Assembly: GCA_045863395.1 (NCBI GenBank) | Contig: BTVJ01000083.1 | Coordinates: 1 to 33,472 of the forward strand | Source: Myxococcales bacterium | Lineage (GTDB): Bacteria; Myxococcota_A; UBA9042; JABWCM01; BTVJ01 | Direction of reading: 5' to 3' | DNA: 33,472 nucleotides | In this document: positions 18,051 to 26,580 of the stretch, piece after piece | Position numbering within the stretch: position 1 is the first letter of the stretch | Layout of the letters: each line of letters begins with the position of its first letter | Program-made: the position numbers and the translations under genes | The notes under the pieces: generated by a model | Told to the model about the DNA's origin: nothing | Databases searched by the model: none | What the model saw: the letters and a program-made list of their open reading frames with translations, nothing else

Positions 18051-18314
18051 GTGGGCATCGACCGAGCCCTGGGCTGGTTCTGCACGGTTCGGGAGCGGGG
18101 CAGGCTGCGGGCGGACTACGACGGCATGTCCGACGGGTACGACGGCCTCCAGGGCCTGCTAAAGACCCTCATCACCCACGGGTGCTTCACCAGGGACGAC
18201 CTGGAGGAGGCCATCCGCCTCCTGCCGCACCTGGAGCCCGAGGAGATGGACGAGCCCGGCGTGGCACGGGCGGCGGACATCTACCAGCGGCTCAAGGCGA
18301 CGGGGGCCGACTGA
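18051..18314 (+). CDS. Small hypothetical protein, possibly 5'-truncated
   Basis: 87-aa ORF with strongly GC-ending codons. The reading frame stays open upstream (KLTLDHPDNPDLKAQ) without a start codon. Confidence 0.5.
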   Translation: MGIDRALGWFCTVRERGRLRADYDGMSDGYDGLQGLLKTLITHGCFTRDDLEEAIRLLPHLEPEEMDEPGVARAADIYQRLKATGAD

Positions 18315-18324
18315 CCCTCGGAGG

Positions 18325-18606
18325 TCAGGTCCGGCGGCGGGGCGAGAACTCGGAGTCCGGGACCGTCAGCATGGCCCAGCCCCACCAGTGGGGGTGACGC
18401 CGCTCGACCTCCCGTACCGCCTCCTCCAGGTCGGACACGAGTGCCAACGCCCGGCCCATCAGGGCGTCCCGGTACTGCGGGTCGTGCCGGGCGGCGGTGA
18501 CCAGGTTCAGGAGCACGTCGGAGAGAAGGTCGAAGGCCACGCCGGGCTCGGCGGGCAGGCCGAAGCTGGACGTGGGGACCTCGTGGTCGGGAAGCCGGTT
18601 CATCAT
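18325..18606 (-). CDS. Small hypothetical helical protein
   Basis: GGAGGTG SD precedes ATG-ATG (start 18606 or 18603). GC-ending codon bias; no recognisable motif. Confidence 0.55.
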   Translation of the reverse strand: MMNRLPDHEVPTSSFGLPAEPGVAFDLLSDVLLNLVTAARHDPQYRDALMGRALALVSDLEEAVREVERRHPHWWGWAMLTVPDSEFSPRRRT

Positions 18607-18676
18607 CACCTCCATCTACCCGTTCGGATAGGCGGATCACCCTACCTGCGAGGTGCTCGTCCGGGGCGGCTGGAGG

Positions 18677-18730
18677 CTGTGCGGGTTGTGCGGGTCTTGG
18701 GCCGATCTTGGCGGGTATTGACCCGCACAG
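18677..18730. repeat. Short direct and inverted repeats near the ychF-proximal junction (possible integrase arm sites)
   Basis: TGTGCGGGT at 18678-18686 and 18687-18695, with an inverted copy ACCCGCACA at 18721-18729. Confidence 0.5.
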
Positions 18731-18781
18731 ACGACCCGGCGTGGCTGCAAGTGCCCGAAAACTGGAGGGCCGGGTCAGCCT

Positions 18782-19831
18782 TCAAACATTGAACCGGAAG
18801 TTGATGATGTCGCCGTCCGCGACGAGGTAGTCCTTGCCCTCGAGCCTGTATCTGCCGGCGGCCTTCGCCCTCTGCTCGTCGCCGTACTTCTTGAAGTCCT
18901 CGAAGGCGATGACCTCGGCGCGGATGAAGCCGCGGGCGATGTCGCTGTGGATCTTGCCGGCGGCGTCCTGGGCGCGGGTGTTGCGCTCGATGGTCCAGGC
19001 ACGGCACTCGTCCTTGCCCGCCGTCAGGAAGCTGATGAGGTTGAGCGAGGCGTAGGCGGACTGGATGAAGCGGTCCCTCGCGCTGGCCGTGACGCCCAGG
19101 TCGGCGAGGAAGGCCGCCTGCTCCTCGGGCGGAAGGTCGGCAATCTCCGCCTCCATCGCGGCGCAGAGGCGCAACGGCGTGATGCAGCTCCCTCGCAGCC
19201 GCTCGTCCAAGGCCGGCGTCGGGAGGTCCGGGTCCGACTCGGGGGTGTTGACCACGACCAGCAGCGGTTTCTGGCTCAGGAAGCGGTAGCCCTTGAGGAG
19301 CTCCCACTGGTCCGGGAGCAGGTCCAGGGTCCGCAGCGGGCGCTCGGCCTCCATGTGGGCCATGCACGCATCCAGCGCCTCGCGCTCCCGGTCGCTGCCC
19401 TTCTCCTTCTTCATGCGCTCCAGGCGCTTCTCGACGATGGCCATGTCCGCGAGCACCAGCTCCGCCTCCATGGACTCCAGGTCGCGGAGCGGGTCGGGCG
19501 CCGCGTCGAGGGCCGGGTTGTCGAAGGCGCGAGCGATGAGGGCCAGCGCCTCCAGGGTGCGCAGCTCGCCGATGACCTGGGCGTCCAGGCCGCCACCGGT
19601 CTTGCTCGGGGCCTTGCCCGGCATGTCGCTGAAGTGGATCTCCGCGAAGGTGGTCTTCTTCGGCTCGTAGACCTTGGCGAGGAACTCGATGCGCGGGTCC
19701 GGCACCTTGGTGACGCCCAGGTTGGCCTTGCCCTTGGAGCCGCCCACGCCCGTCTCCGCGTGGAGCCCCGTGAGCAGGTTGAACACTGTCGTCTTGCCGC
19801 AGCCTGCGAACCCGATGATGCCTAGCTTCAT
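18782..19831 (-). CDS. ychF: Redox-regulated ATPase YchF (Obg family)
   Basis: GIIGFAGCGKTT, VPDPRI, DMPG, LISFLTAG..ECRAW, AAGKIHSDIARGFIRAEV, and RLEGKDY...DGDIINFRFNV. Confidence 0.96.
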   Translation of the reverse strand: MKLGIIGFAGCGKTTVFNLLTGLHAETGVGGSKGKANLGVTKVPDPRIEFLAKVYEPKKTTFAEIHFSDMPGKAPSKTGGGLDAQVIGELRTLEALALIARAFDNPALDAAPDPLRDLESMEAELVLADMAIVEKRLERMKKEKGSDREREALDACMAHMEAERPLRTLDLLPDQWELLKGYRFLSQKPLLVVVNTPESDPDLPTPALDERLRGSCITPLRLCAAMEAEIADLPPEEQAAFLADLGVTASARDRFIQSAYASLNLISFLTAGKDECRAWTIERNTRAQDAAGKIHSDIARGFIRAEVIAFEDFKKYGDEQRAKAAGRYRLEGKDYLVADGDIINFRFNV

Positions 19832-19852
19832 GTGCCCTCCTGAGCGTCGCGC

Positions 19853-19881
19853 ACCCTAGCGCAGCCTGCCGCGCCGTGCAA
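19853..19881 (-). promoter_or_regulatory. Putative sigma70-type promoter of ychF
   Basis: Minus strand TTGCAC-N17-TAGGGT, followed by a GGAGGG SD. Confidence 0.55.
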
Positions 19882-19938
19882 CGGCCTTCGCCTCCCTGAA
19901 CTCGCCGCCCCAACGGCCCTGTGTTACAGTGCCCGGCC

Positions 19939-20880
19939 ATGATACATCGCCTGTGGATCCCAGCGCTGCTCCTCCTGCTCGCGGCCCCGGCCATCGCTGC
20001 GCCCGCGTCCGTGGAGGTGCGCGTCCACTGGTCGCCCGACCCGGAAGAGGCCCAGCCGCCGCCCCTGCCCGACGCGCTCGTCTGGGCGGACTGCGACCCG
20101 GTGGCTGCGCTCCCGCTGCGGGTCATCCTCACCATGCGCACCGGCGGCGTCGTCCCCTCCGTTGTGGCCCTCAACCCGGGGGGGCGGGTCGTCCTGTCCA
20201 ACGACACGGGTGCCACCGTCTCGGTGCGCCTCACTCGCGGGCGCGTCGTCGTCCTGCAGCAGGACGTCGCGCCGGGCGCAGAGGTGACGACCGAGCGCAT
20301 CACTGCGACGGACCGCCCCCTCGACCTGGAAGCCACCACCCCCGGCGTGCCGACGCTGCGGGCCACCGTGCGGGTGCTCGACCGCGCCAACGCGCGGACC
20401 GGCGATGCCGGCGCGACTCCGCTCCGCATGGCGCCCGGCGAGCGGGCGATCAGCCTGTTCCACCCGCTGATCGGCGAGCTCCGCTGGCCGGGGTTTGCTC
20501 TCGCCGACGGGGAGGTGGCCGTCCTCGACCTGGTGGGGCGCGGCGAGCGCTGGGACGCCGTGCTCCGGCGCCGCGAGAGCGTAGCGCCGCCGGGCAACCG
20601 CAGCGTGCTCATGGGCCGGGTCCTGTGCGCGGGGGAGCGCTGCCGCGGGTTGAAGCTCGGGGCCGACGGCGGCCTCCCTGGCGCCGTCGTCTTCGCGGGC
20701 TCTGGTCCCCTCGCGCCGTTCTCCGTGGCCGACGGCGACGGGCGGTTCCGCATCGAGGGGCTCCCCCCGGGCCCCACGGAGGTCATCGTCTGGCACCCCA
20801 ACCTGGGCGAGCACCGGGAGCCCGCCCGCCTGTCCCCCGGCGCCGTCACGGTCGCCAACTACGCCTATCACGAGGAGTAG
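19939..20880 (+). CDS. Secreted protein with cupredoxin-like and carboxypeptidase-regulatory-like beta domains
   Basis: Signal peptide MIHRLWIPALLLLLAAPAIA. C-terminal FSVADGDGRFRIEGLPPGPTEVIVWHPNLG, with a degenerate earlier copy (ISLFHPLIG). Confidence 0.6.
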   Translation: MIHRLWIPALLLLLAAPAIAAPASVEVRVHWSPDPEEAQPPPLPDALVWADCDPVAALPLRVILTMRTGGVVPSVVALNPGGRVVLSNDTGATVSVRLTRGRVVVLQQDVAPGAEVTTERITATDRPLDLEATTPGVPTLRATVRVLDRANARTGDAGATPLRMAPGERAISLFHPLIGELRWPGFALADGEVAVLDLVGRGERWDAVLRRRESVAPPGNRSVLMGRVLCAGERCRGLKLGADGGLPGAVVFAGSGPLAPFSVADGDGRFRIEGLPPGPTEVIVWHPNLGEHREPARLSPGAVTVANYAYHEE

Positions 20881-20894
20881 CGTCAGGCACCCCC

Positions 20895-23366
20895 ATGGCG
20901 TTGTTCACCTCCGACAAGAAGCTGGTCCTCGGCAAGCTGCGCAACCATGACTGGAGCAGTGAGGCCCAGCTCCAGGAGCTGCTCGAGCGCCTGATGTCTT
21001 TCGAGCTGCGCCTCGACGACGTCTTGTGGATGGCAACGGATCCGAACCGCACGCTGCGCCACTATGGTGGGCAGATCATCATCCAGGGGGACTTCCCCAA
21101 CACGCTCGCGACGCTGCTGCGGGCCGCGCAGTCCATGCAGGGTGCCGCCCGCAAGCAGCTCGTGGCGCTGCTGCCCCGCCTGCGCGAGGACTTCTCCGTC
21201 GCCCGGGTGGACGCCTGGCTCCGCGACCGGGACCCGGAGAAGCAGAAGCTCGCCGTCGACATCGTGCTGTCCTATCCGCCCGGGCACGTGATGCCCCAGC
21301 TCACGGCGCTCTTGCAGGCCGCCGACTCCGACACGCGGAAGCGCGCTGCACAGCGGCTGCTGGAGGAGCCCGACCCCCGCACGCGCCCGCTCCTGCTCCC
21401 CCTGCTCAGCGACCCGGACGAGCGCATCCGCCTCACCGTCGTGCAGGGGCTCGGCAAGACGCCCGACGACGCGGTCCTCGATGCCCTCATCGACCGGCTG
21501 CGCGTCGACGGCCTCGTGGTGCGGCAGGGGGTGCTGCGCGTGCTGCGCGAGCTCATCGAGCGCGGCGTCCCCGGCGTCGAGGACCGGGTGATCCCGCTCC
21601 TGGCCGAGGGCGAGGAGAGCGTGCGCGCCGCGGTGATCCAGCTCGTCGTTCATATGCGGGACCGGGCCGCCGCCGTCCGCAAGATCATCCTGTTCTCCGG
21701 GTCGCTCATGGGGTGGATGCGGGAGCGCATCCACCGGACGGTCAAGGAGGCCGGCGAGCCGCTCATCGACGTCGTCGTCGAGCTGATGCTCCACAAGGAC
21801 CAGGAGATCCGCCGCTCTGCTCTCCTCTTCTCCACCCACTTCACGAGCCCCCGCATGGTCGAGCCGGTCATCCGCATGCTCTCCGACGGGGACTGGTGGA
21901 TCCGTGTGGTGGCCATCGACCTGCTCGGGCGCCTCGGGGACGAGCGCGCCGTGGACCCCTTGATCGCCGCGCTCGACGACGACGAGATCCGGTGGAGCGC
22001 CGTCGAGGCCCTGAGCCGCATCGGGAGCCCGCGCGCGCTCAAGCCCATCGCGCGCCTGCTCGGCGACCCGGTGGCGTCCGTGCGGCTGGAGGTGGTCCGC
22101 GCCATCGAGGTCTACGACGACCCCCGCGCGCTGCCGCTGCTCATGAAGGTGATCCGCGGCGATCCGGAGATCGAGCTCCGGGAGCGAGCCCTGCAGGCGT
22201 ACAAGGCGATCACCCACCGGCACCAGATGGCGGTGGACGAGGCGGAGCTGCGCGAGGCCGTCGGCTACGACACGCGCTCGGGGCGCCAGCTCGACCGGCT
22301 GCTGGCCGAGACGCGGCGCATCGGGGGCAGCGACTTCCACCTGTCCATCGACAGCCTGCCCACGGTGCGCCTGGACGGGGAGCTGCGCCGCATCGGCAAG
22401 CGCGCGTTCGCAGCGGCGGACACGGAGCGCACCATCCTGGAGGTGCTCACCCCGGCGCAGCGCGCGCTGTTCGAGAGGGAACACCAGATCGACTTCTGCT
22501 ACGAGGTGCAAGGAGTAGGGCGCTACCGGGCCAACGTCTATAGGGAGCGCCTCGGGGTCGGGGGGGTCTTCCGCGTCATCCCGAACGAGGTCCCATCGAT
22601 CATCGACCTGCGCCTGCCGCCCCACCTGGCGGACATCACGTCGTACAACCAGGGGCTCGTCATCGTGGGCGGTCCGGCCGGCTGCGGCAAGACCACGACC
22701 CTCGCGGCCCTGGTGAACCTGCTCAACGAGACCTGGCGGGGGCACATCATCACGCTCGAGGACCCCATCGAGCTGATCCACCCCTTCAAGGGGTGCCTGG
22801 TCAACCAGCGGGAGGTGGGGCGCCACACGCAGAGCTTCTCGGCGGCGCTGCGGTCCGCGCTGCGCGAGGACCCGGACGCCATCGTGGTCGGGGAGCTGCG
22901 CGACCTGGAGACGATGGCCCTCGCCCTGACCGCCGCCGAGACGGGCCACCTGGTCATCGCGACCATGCACACGACCAGCGCTCGCAAGACGGTCGACCGG
23001 CTCATCGACGCCTTCCCGCCGCGGGAGCAGGGGCAGGTGCGCGCCATGCTCGCCGAGTCCCTCAAGGTGGTGATCACCCAGTCGCTCGTGCCGCGGAAGG
23101 ACAGACAGGGGCGGGTCGCCTGCTTCGAGGTGCTCATGGTGACGCACGCCGTGTCCAACCTCATCCGGGACCAGAAGACCCACCAGCTCGCGTCGGTCAT
23201 GCAGATCGGGCGCGCGGCCGGCATGTCCACTGTCGACCAGTCGCTGCTGGAGCTGGTCCAGGCGGGGGCGATCTCCGCCGAGGACGCCTACCTGCGCGCC
23301 ACCAAGAAGGAGGACTTCGAGCCGCTGGTGTCGAAGGGCTTCCTGGAGGGGAGCCATGCCGACTGA
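20895..23366 (+). CDS. HEAT-repeat domain fused to a PilT/PilU-type type IV pilus ATPase
   Basis: About 450 aa of HEAT/PBS-like repeats (DPDERIRLTVVQGLG, DGDWWIRVVAIDLLGRLGDERAV). Then SDFHL, Walker A GPAGCGKTTT, TLEDPIE, LREDPD..VGELRD, His box GHLVIATMH and AVSNLIRD. Confidence 0.9.
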   Translation: MALFTSDKKLVLGKLRNHDWSSEAQLQELLERLMSFELRLDDVLWMATDPNRTLRHYGGQIIIQGDFPNTLATLLRAAQSMQGAARKQLVALLPRLREDFSVARVDAWLRDRDPEKQKLAVDIVLSYPPGHVMPQLTALLQAADSDTRKRAAQRLLEEPDPRTRPLLLPLLSDPDERIRLTVVQGLGKTPDDAVLDALIDRLRVDGLVVRQGVLRVLRELIERGVPGVEDRVIPLLAEGEESVRAAVIQLVVHMRDRAAAVRKIILFSGSLMGWMRERIHRTVKEAGEPLIDVVVELMLHKDQEIRRSALLFSTHFTSPRMVEPVIRMLSDGDWWIRVVAIDLLGRLGDERAVDPLIAALDDDEIRWSAVEALSRIGSPRALKPIARLLGDPVASVRLEVVRAIEVYDDPRALPLLMKVIRGDPEIELRERALQAYKAITHRHQMAVDEAELREAVGYDTRSGRQLDRLLAETRRIGGSDFHLSIDSLPTVRLDGELRRIGKRAFAAADTERTILEVLTPAQRALFEREHQIDFCYEVQGVGRYRANVYRERLGVGGVFRVIPNEVPSIIDLRLPPHLADITSYNQGLVIVGGPAGCGKTTTLAALVNLLNETWRGHIITLEDPIELIHPFKGCLVNQREVGRHTQSFSAALRSALREDPDAIVVGELRDLETMALALTAAETGHLVIATMHTTSARKTVDRLIDAFPPREQGQVRAMLAESLKVVITQSLVPRKDRQGRVACFEVLMVTHAVSNLIRDQKTHQLASVMQIGRAAGMSTVDQSLLELVQAGAISAEDAYLRATKKEDFEPLVSKGFLEGSHAD

Positions 23367-24486
23367 GCCCTCGCTCCCGACGGCCAGGGACGCGCGCATC
23401 GACCGCTTCCTGAAGCTGATGGACGACCGGGGCGCCTCCGACCTCCACCTGGCGGTGGGACACCCGCCGCTCGTGCGCGTGCACGGTGACCTGGAGCCCA
23501 TCCGGTACCGTACGCTGTCTGCGGCGGACTACGAGTCGCTGATGCGCGAGATAGCGCCTGCTGCGGTCTGGGATGAGTATCAACGGACGGGAGACGCCGA
23601 CTTCGCCTACGAATCGCGCGGAATTGGCCGGTTTCGGGTCAACCTCTTCCAGCAGCACCGGGGTGCGGGTGCGGTACTGCGGATCATCCCGACGAAGCTC
23701 CTGACCATCGAGCAGCTCGGGCTCCCGGAGACCGTCCACCGCTTCACGGACATCGAGCGCGGCCTGGTCCTGGTCACGGGGCCCACCGGCAGCGGCAAGT
23801 CGACGACGCTCTCGGCGATCATCAATGAGATCAACGAGAAGAAGAAGTACCACGTCATCACCATCGAGGACCCCATCGAGTTCGTGCATGCGCACAAGCA
23901 GTGCCTGGTGACGCAGCGGGAGGTGGGCACGAGCGCCAGCGGGTTTGCGCCCGCCCTGCGGGCGGCGCTGCGCGAGGACCCGGACCTGGTGCTGGTCGGC
24001 GAGATGCGGGATCTCGAGACCATGCAGATGGCCCTGACCGCGGCGGAGAGCGGCCTCCTGGTGTTCGGCACCATGCACACGAACAGCGCGAGCAAGGCCA
24101 TCGACCGCATGATCAACGTCTTCCCGGCGGACGAGCAGGACGTGGTCCGCAACGTGGTGGGCGACACGCTCCGCGGCGTCCTGGCGCAGCAGCTCGTGCC
24201 GCTGAAGGACGGCGGGCGCGTCGCCGCGGTGGAGATCCTGTTCGGATCGCCGGCGCTCGGGACCATGGTGCGGGAGGGGCGCACCCACCAGGTGGCCAAC
24301 CTCATCCACATGGGCAAGACCGCCGGAATGGTGACCATGGACGCGAGCCTGCTCTCCCTGGTACGTTCCGGGCAGGTCGAGCCAGCCGCTGCCTACGAGA
24401 AGGCCATCGACAAGCCCGAGTTCCGGCGCTTGCTGCGCGAGGAGTGCAACGCGGTCGTCGGGGCAGACGACGACCCGGATGCGTGA
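23356..24486 (+). CDS. pilT: PilT-family type IV pilus retraction ATPase paralog
   Basis: ASDLHL, GRFRVN, GPTGSGKSTT, TIEDPIE, LREDPDLVLVGEMRD and GLLVFGTMHT. Overlaps the upstream gene by 11 bp. Confidence 0.9.
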   Translation: MPTEPSLPTARDARIDRFLKLMDDRGASDLHLAVGHPPLVRVHGDLEPIRYRTLSAADYESLMREIAPAAVWDEYQRTGDADFAYESRGIGRFRVNLFQQHRGAGAVLRIIPTKLLTIEQLGLPETVHRFTDIERGLVLVTGPTGSGKSTTLSAIINEINEKKKYHVITIEDPIEFVHAHKQCLVTQREVGTSASGFAPALRAALREDPDLVLVGEMRDLETMQMALTAAESGLLVFGTMHTNSASKAIDRMINVFPADEQDVVRNVVGDTLRGVLAQQLVPLKDGGRVAAVEILFGSPALGTMVREGRTHQVANLIHMGKTAGMVTMDASLLSLVRSGQVEPAAAYEKAIDKPEFRRLLREECNAVVGADDDPDA

Positions 24487-24509
24487 CGAGTCCCGATGCG
24501 AGGTGTGAC

Positions 24510-26468
24510 ATGCGTTGGTTGAGCGTTGTGGTTCTCCTGGCGAGCTGTGCCGACGGGGGCGGCGGCGGTGGCGTTCTGGTGGATGCCGGCCAGCAGGCGG
24601 ACACGGGGGGCGGCGTCGTGGTCGACAGCGGTGGAGGGGGGACCGACGTCGCGGTGCTGGACGCGAGCGACGCGGCGCTGGACACGGGCGGCTCCGACGC
24701 GGGAGGAGGCGAGGACGTGAGCGCGCCCGACGCGGTCGCGCCGGACGTCGTCGACGCGGGCCCGGTGGACGCCGGCGCCGATGCCGCAGACGTGTCCCAG
24801 GACACGGGCCCCACGGAGGTGCCCGTCGGTGGAGAGTGCGGCGCGCTGCCGTGCGTGGAGGGGGCCACCTGCCTGCCGACCGCGCCCGGCGCCGCGACCT
24901 CGGTGTGCTACGAGGACGTGGGCCTCGGTGACCCGTGCGGCCCCGGGCACGGCGCCTGCGCCGAGGGGGAGTGCGTGACGCTCCCCGCCGGGGACACGTG
25001 CGTGGTGCTCGGGGAGGCCGGTCACCCTTGCGACGAGGACCACCCCTGCAAGGCGAACCTCTCCTGTGAGCCGACCTTCGGGGAGGTGGGCGGCATCTGC
25101 GTGGCGCCCGCAGCCCTGGGCGCGCCCTGCGGCGACGGCGTCGGGCCCTGCATCCAGGGCGCGACCTGCGTGCCTGGCGCCGAAGGTCCGGGCACGTGCC
25201 TCTACTACGCGGACGCCGGCGAGGACTGCGGGACGCCCTTCGTGGAGTGCGCCGGCGGGCTCGCCTGCGTCCCGTCCCAGTACAAGGGGCAGCCGTCCGT
25301 GTGTCTGCCCGCCGCGGCCGACGGGGCGCCCTGCGGTCCGGGCGTGGCAGGCTGCTCCCCCACGAGCGGCTGTGCCTGGAACAACGCGGCTCACGACGCC
25401 CAGGTCTGCCTGCCTCGCGCCGCCGAGGGGGCGGTGTGCAACGTCTACGGGGTCGGGGGCTGCGTGGAGGGGACGGCGTGCGTGGCGGAGGCGCTCACGT
25501 CCACCGTGTGGCGCTGCAAGGCCCTCGCCAGCGAAGGCGCCGCCTGTGGGCACGGGCTCGCGGCCTGCGAGCAGGGAGCGGACTGCAACTTCCAGACGGT
25601 CACCCTGGAGTCCAAGCTCTGCTACGAGGACCTCGGGAAGGGCGAGCAGTGCGGGCTCGCGGGCGCGGGCGTCTGCGCCCCCCAGACGAGCTGCGTCTGG
25701 GAGACCCCCGAGCAGCTCGCGGCCCTCTGTGCCGACGATGGGCCGGCGGGCTCGAAGTGCGGAGACTTCGGCATCGGGGGGTGCCTGCCCGGCTCCACGT
25801 GCCTCCTGGAGACCCCGCAGGCGACGACGGCGATCTGCAAGCCCGACGACACGCCCCTCGGCAAGCCCTGCGCCGTACAGGGGCTGCCCCTGTGCGCGCC
25901 GGGGGGTGACTGTCTCATCGACGCCCCGGGCAGCGCCGGGGCCCACTGCTATCCGCAGGGGGAGCTGGGTCAGGCCTGTGGCGCGGGCGTGGGCTTGTGC
26001 AAGGCGGGCGGGGACTGCCTGCTCACCAACGTGGAGAAGCTGCTCGGGACGTGCGTCCCGGCCCACCCCTTTGGCCATCCCTGCGGCGTGGAGGCCGGGC
26101 TCTGTGCCAACGAGGGCGTCTGCGCCTGCTCCGATCCCTTCGCGGCGGTGTGCCCCGGTGAGGTGTGCGTCGCCCCAGCGGGCGCCTTCGACATCTGCGC
26201 CGTCAACAGCGTCCTGATCCCCACGGGCTGGGCCGGCTACTGCCCGACGGGCTTCACCTGCTCGATCAACGAGCTGGTCCTCTACGCCGGTGGAACGACG
26301 GTCAACGAGGCGCACACCATCCACTTCCGCTGCCTGCCGACCTCCGCAGCGGGCGGGCCCTGCGGCCCCTACACCGGCGGGTGCGACACGGACCTGGAGT
26401 GCATGGTCAACGGCCAGCCCCTCACCCTGGAGACGGTGCTCGCCGGGCAGGTCGGTACCTGCATGTGA
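24510..26468 (+). CDS. Cys-rich repeat lipoprotein (~15 four-Cys repeats)
   Basis: GAGGTG SD, then MRWLSVVVLLASC lipobox. Asp-rich linker, then GxxCG..G.C..G..C.....C units of ~35 aa. Confidence 0.85.
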   Translation: MRWLSVVVLLASCADGGGGGGVLVDAGQQADTGGGVVVDSGGGGTDVAVLDASDAALDTGGSDAGGGEDVSAPDAVAPDVVDAGPVDAGADAADVSQDTGPTEVPVGGECGALPCVEGATCLPTAPGAATSVCYEDVGLGDPCGPGHGACAEGECVTLPAGDTCVVLGEAGHPCDEDHPCKANLSCEPTFGEVGGICVAPAALGAPCGDGVGPCIQGATCVPGAEGPGTCLYYADAGEDCGTPFVECAGGLACVPSQYKGQPSVCLPAAADGAPCGPGVAGCSPTSGCAWNNAAHDAQVCLPRAAEGAVCNVYGVGGCVEGTACVAEALTSTVWRCKALASEGAACGHGLAACEQGADCNFQTVTLESKLCYEDLGKGEQCGLAGAGVCAPQTSCVWETPEQLAALCADDGPAGSKCGDFGIGGCLPGSTCLLETPQATTAICKPDDTPLGKPCAVQGLPLCAPGGDCLIDAPGSAGAHCYPQGELGQACGAGVGLCKAGGDCLLTNVEKLLGTCVPAHPFGHPCGVEAGLCANEGVCACSDPFAAVCPGEVCVAPAGAFDICAVNSVLIPTGWAGYCPTGFTCSINELVLYAGGTTVNEAHTIHFRCLPTSAAGGPCGPYTGGCDTDLECMVNGQPLTLETVLAGQVGTCM

Positions 26469-26518
26469 GGGCGAGACGAGGCCCCCAGCGAGGGGCCACC
26501 TCGATCGCGTGCCCAAGG

Positions 26519-26544
26519 TGAAACCTTTTCAGCCGACGCGCGTT
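26519..26544 (+). promoter_or_regulatory. Putative ECF sigma factor promoter
   Basis: TGAAAC-N16-CGTT, which fits the general AAC/CGT ECF promoter pattern. Confidence 0.45.
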
Positions 26545-26580
26545 GCTCAGTCGGACTGTGACCACCGCGCCGGAGGCACC

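Larger units (their letters stand above)
13821..18796. mobile_element. Degenerate genomic island integrated into the 3' end of ychF
   Basis: The last five codons of ychF (RFNV*) are duplicated at 13821-13835 and 18782-18796, 13/15 identical. Cargo is an integrase remnant, RM-like genes and TA-like genes. The RM-like genes show visibly more A/T-ending codons than the flanking genes. Confidence 0.88.

Noticed and set aside
19929..20894. Apparent 1145-aa version of the HEAT-PilT protein
   Set aside because: The first ~320 codons are an off-frame read of the upstream secreted-protein gene; the plausible start is ATG 20895.
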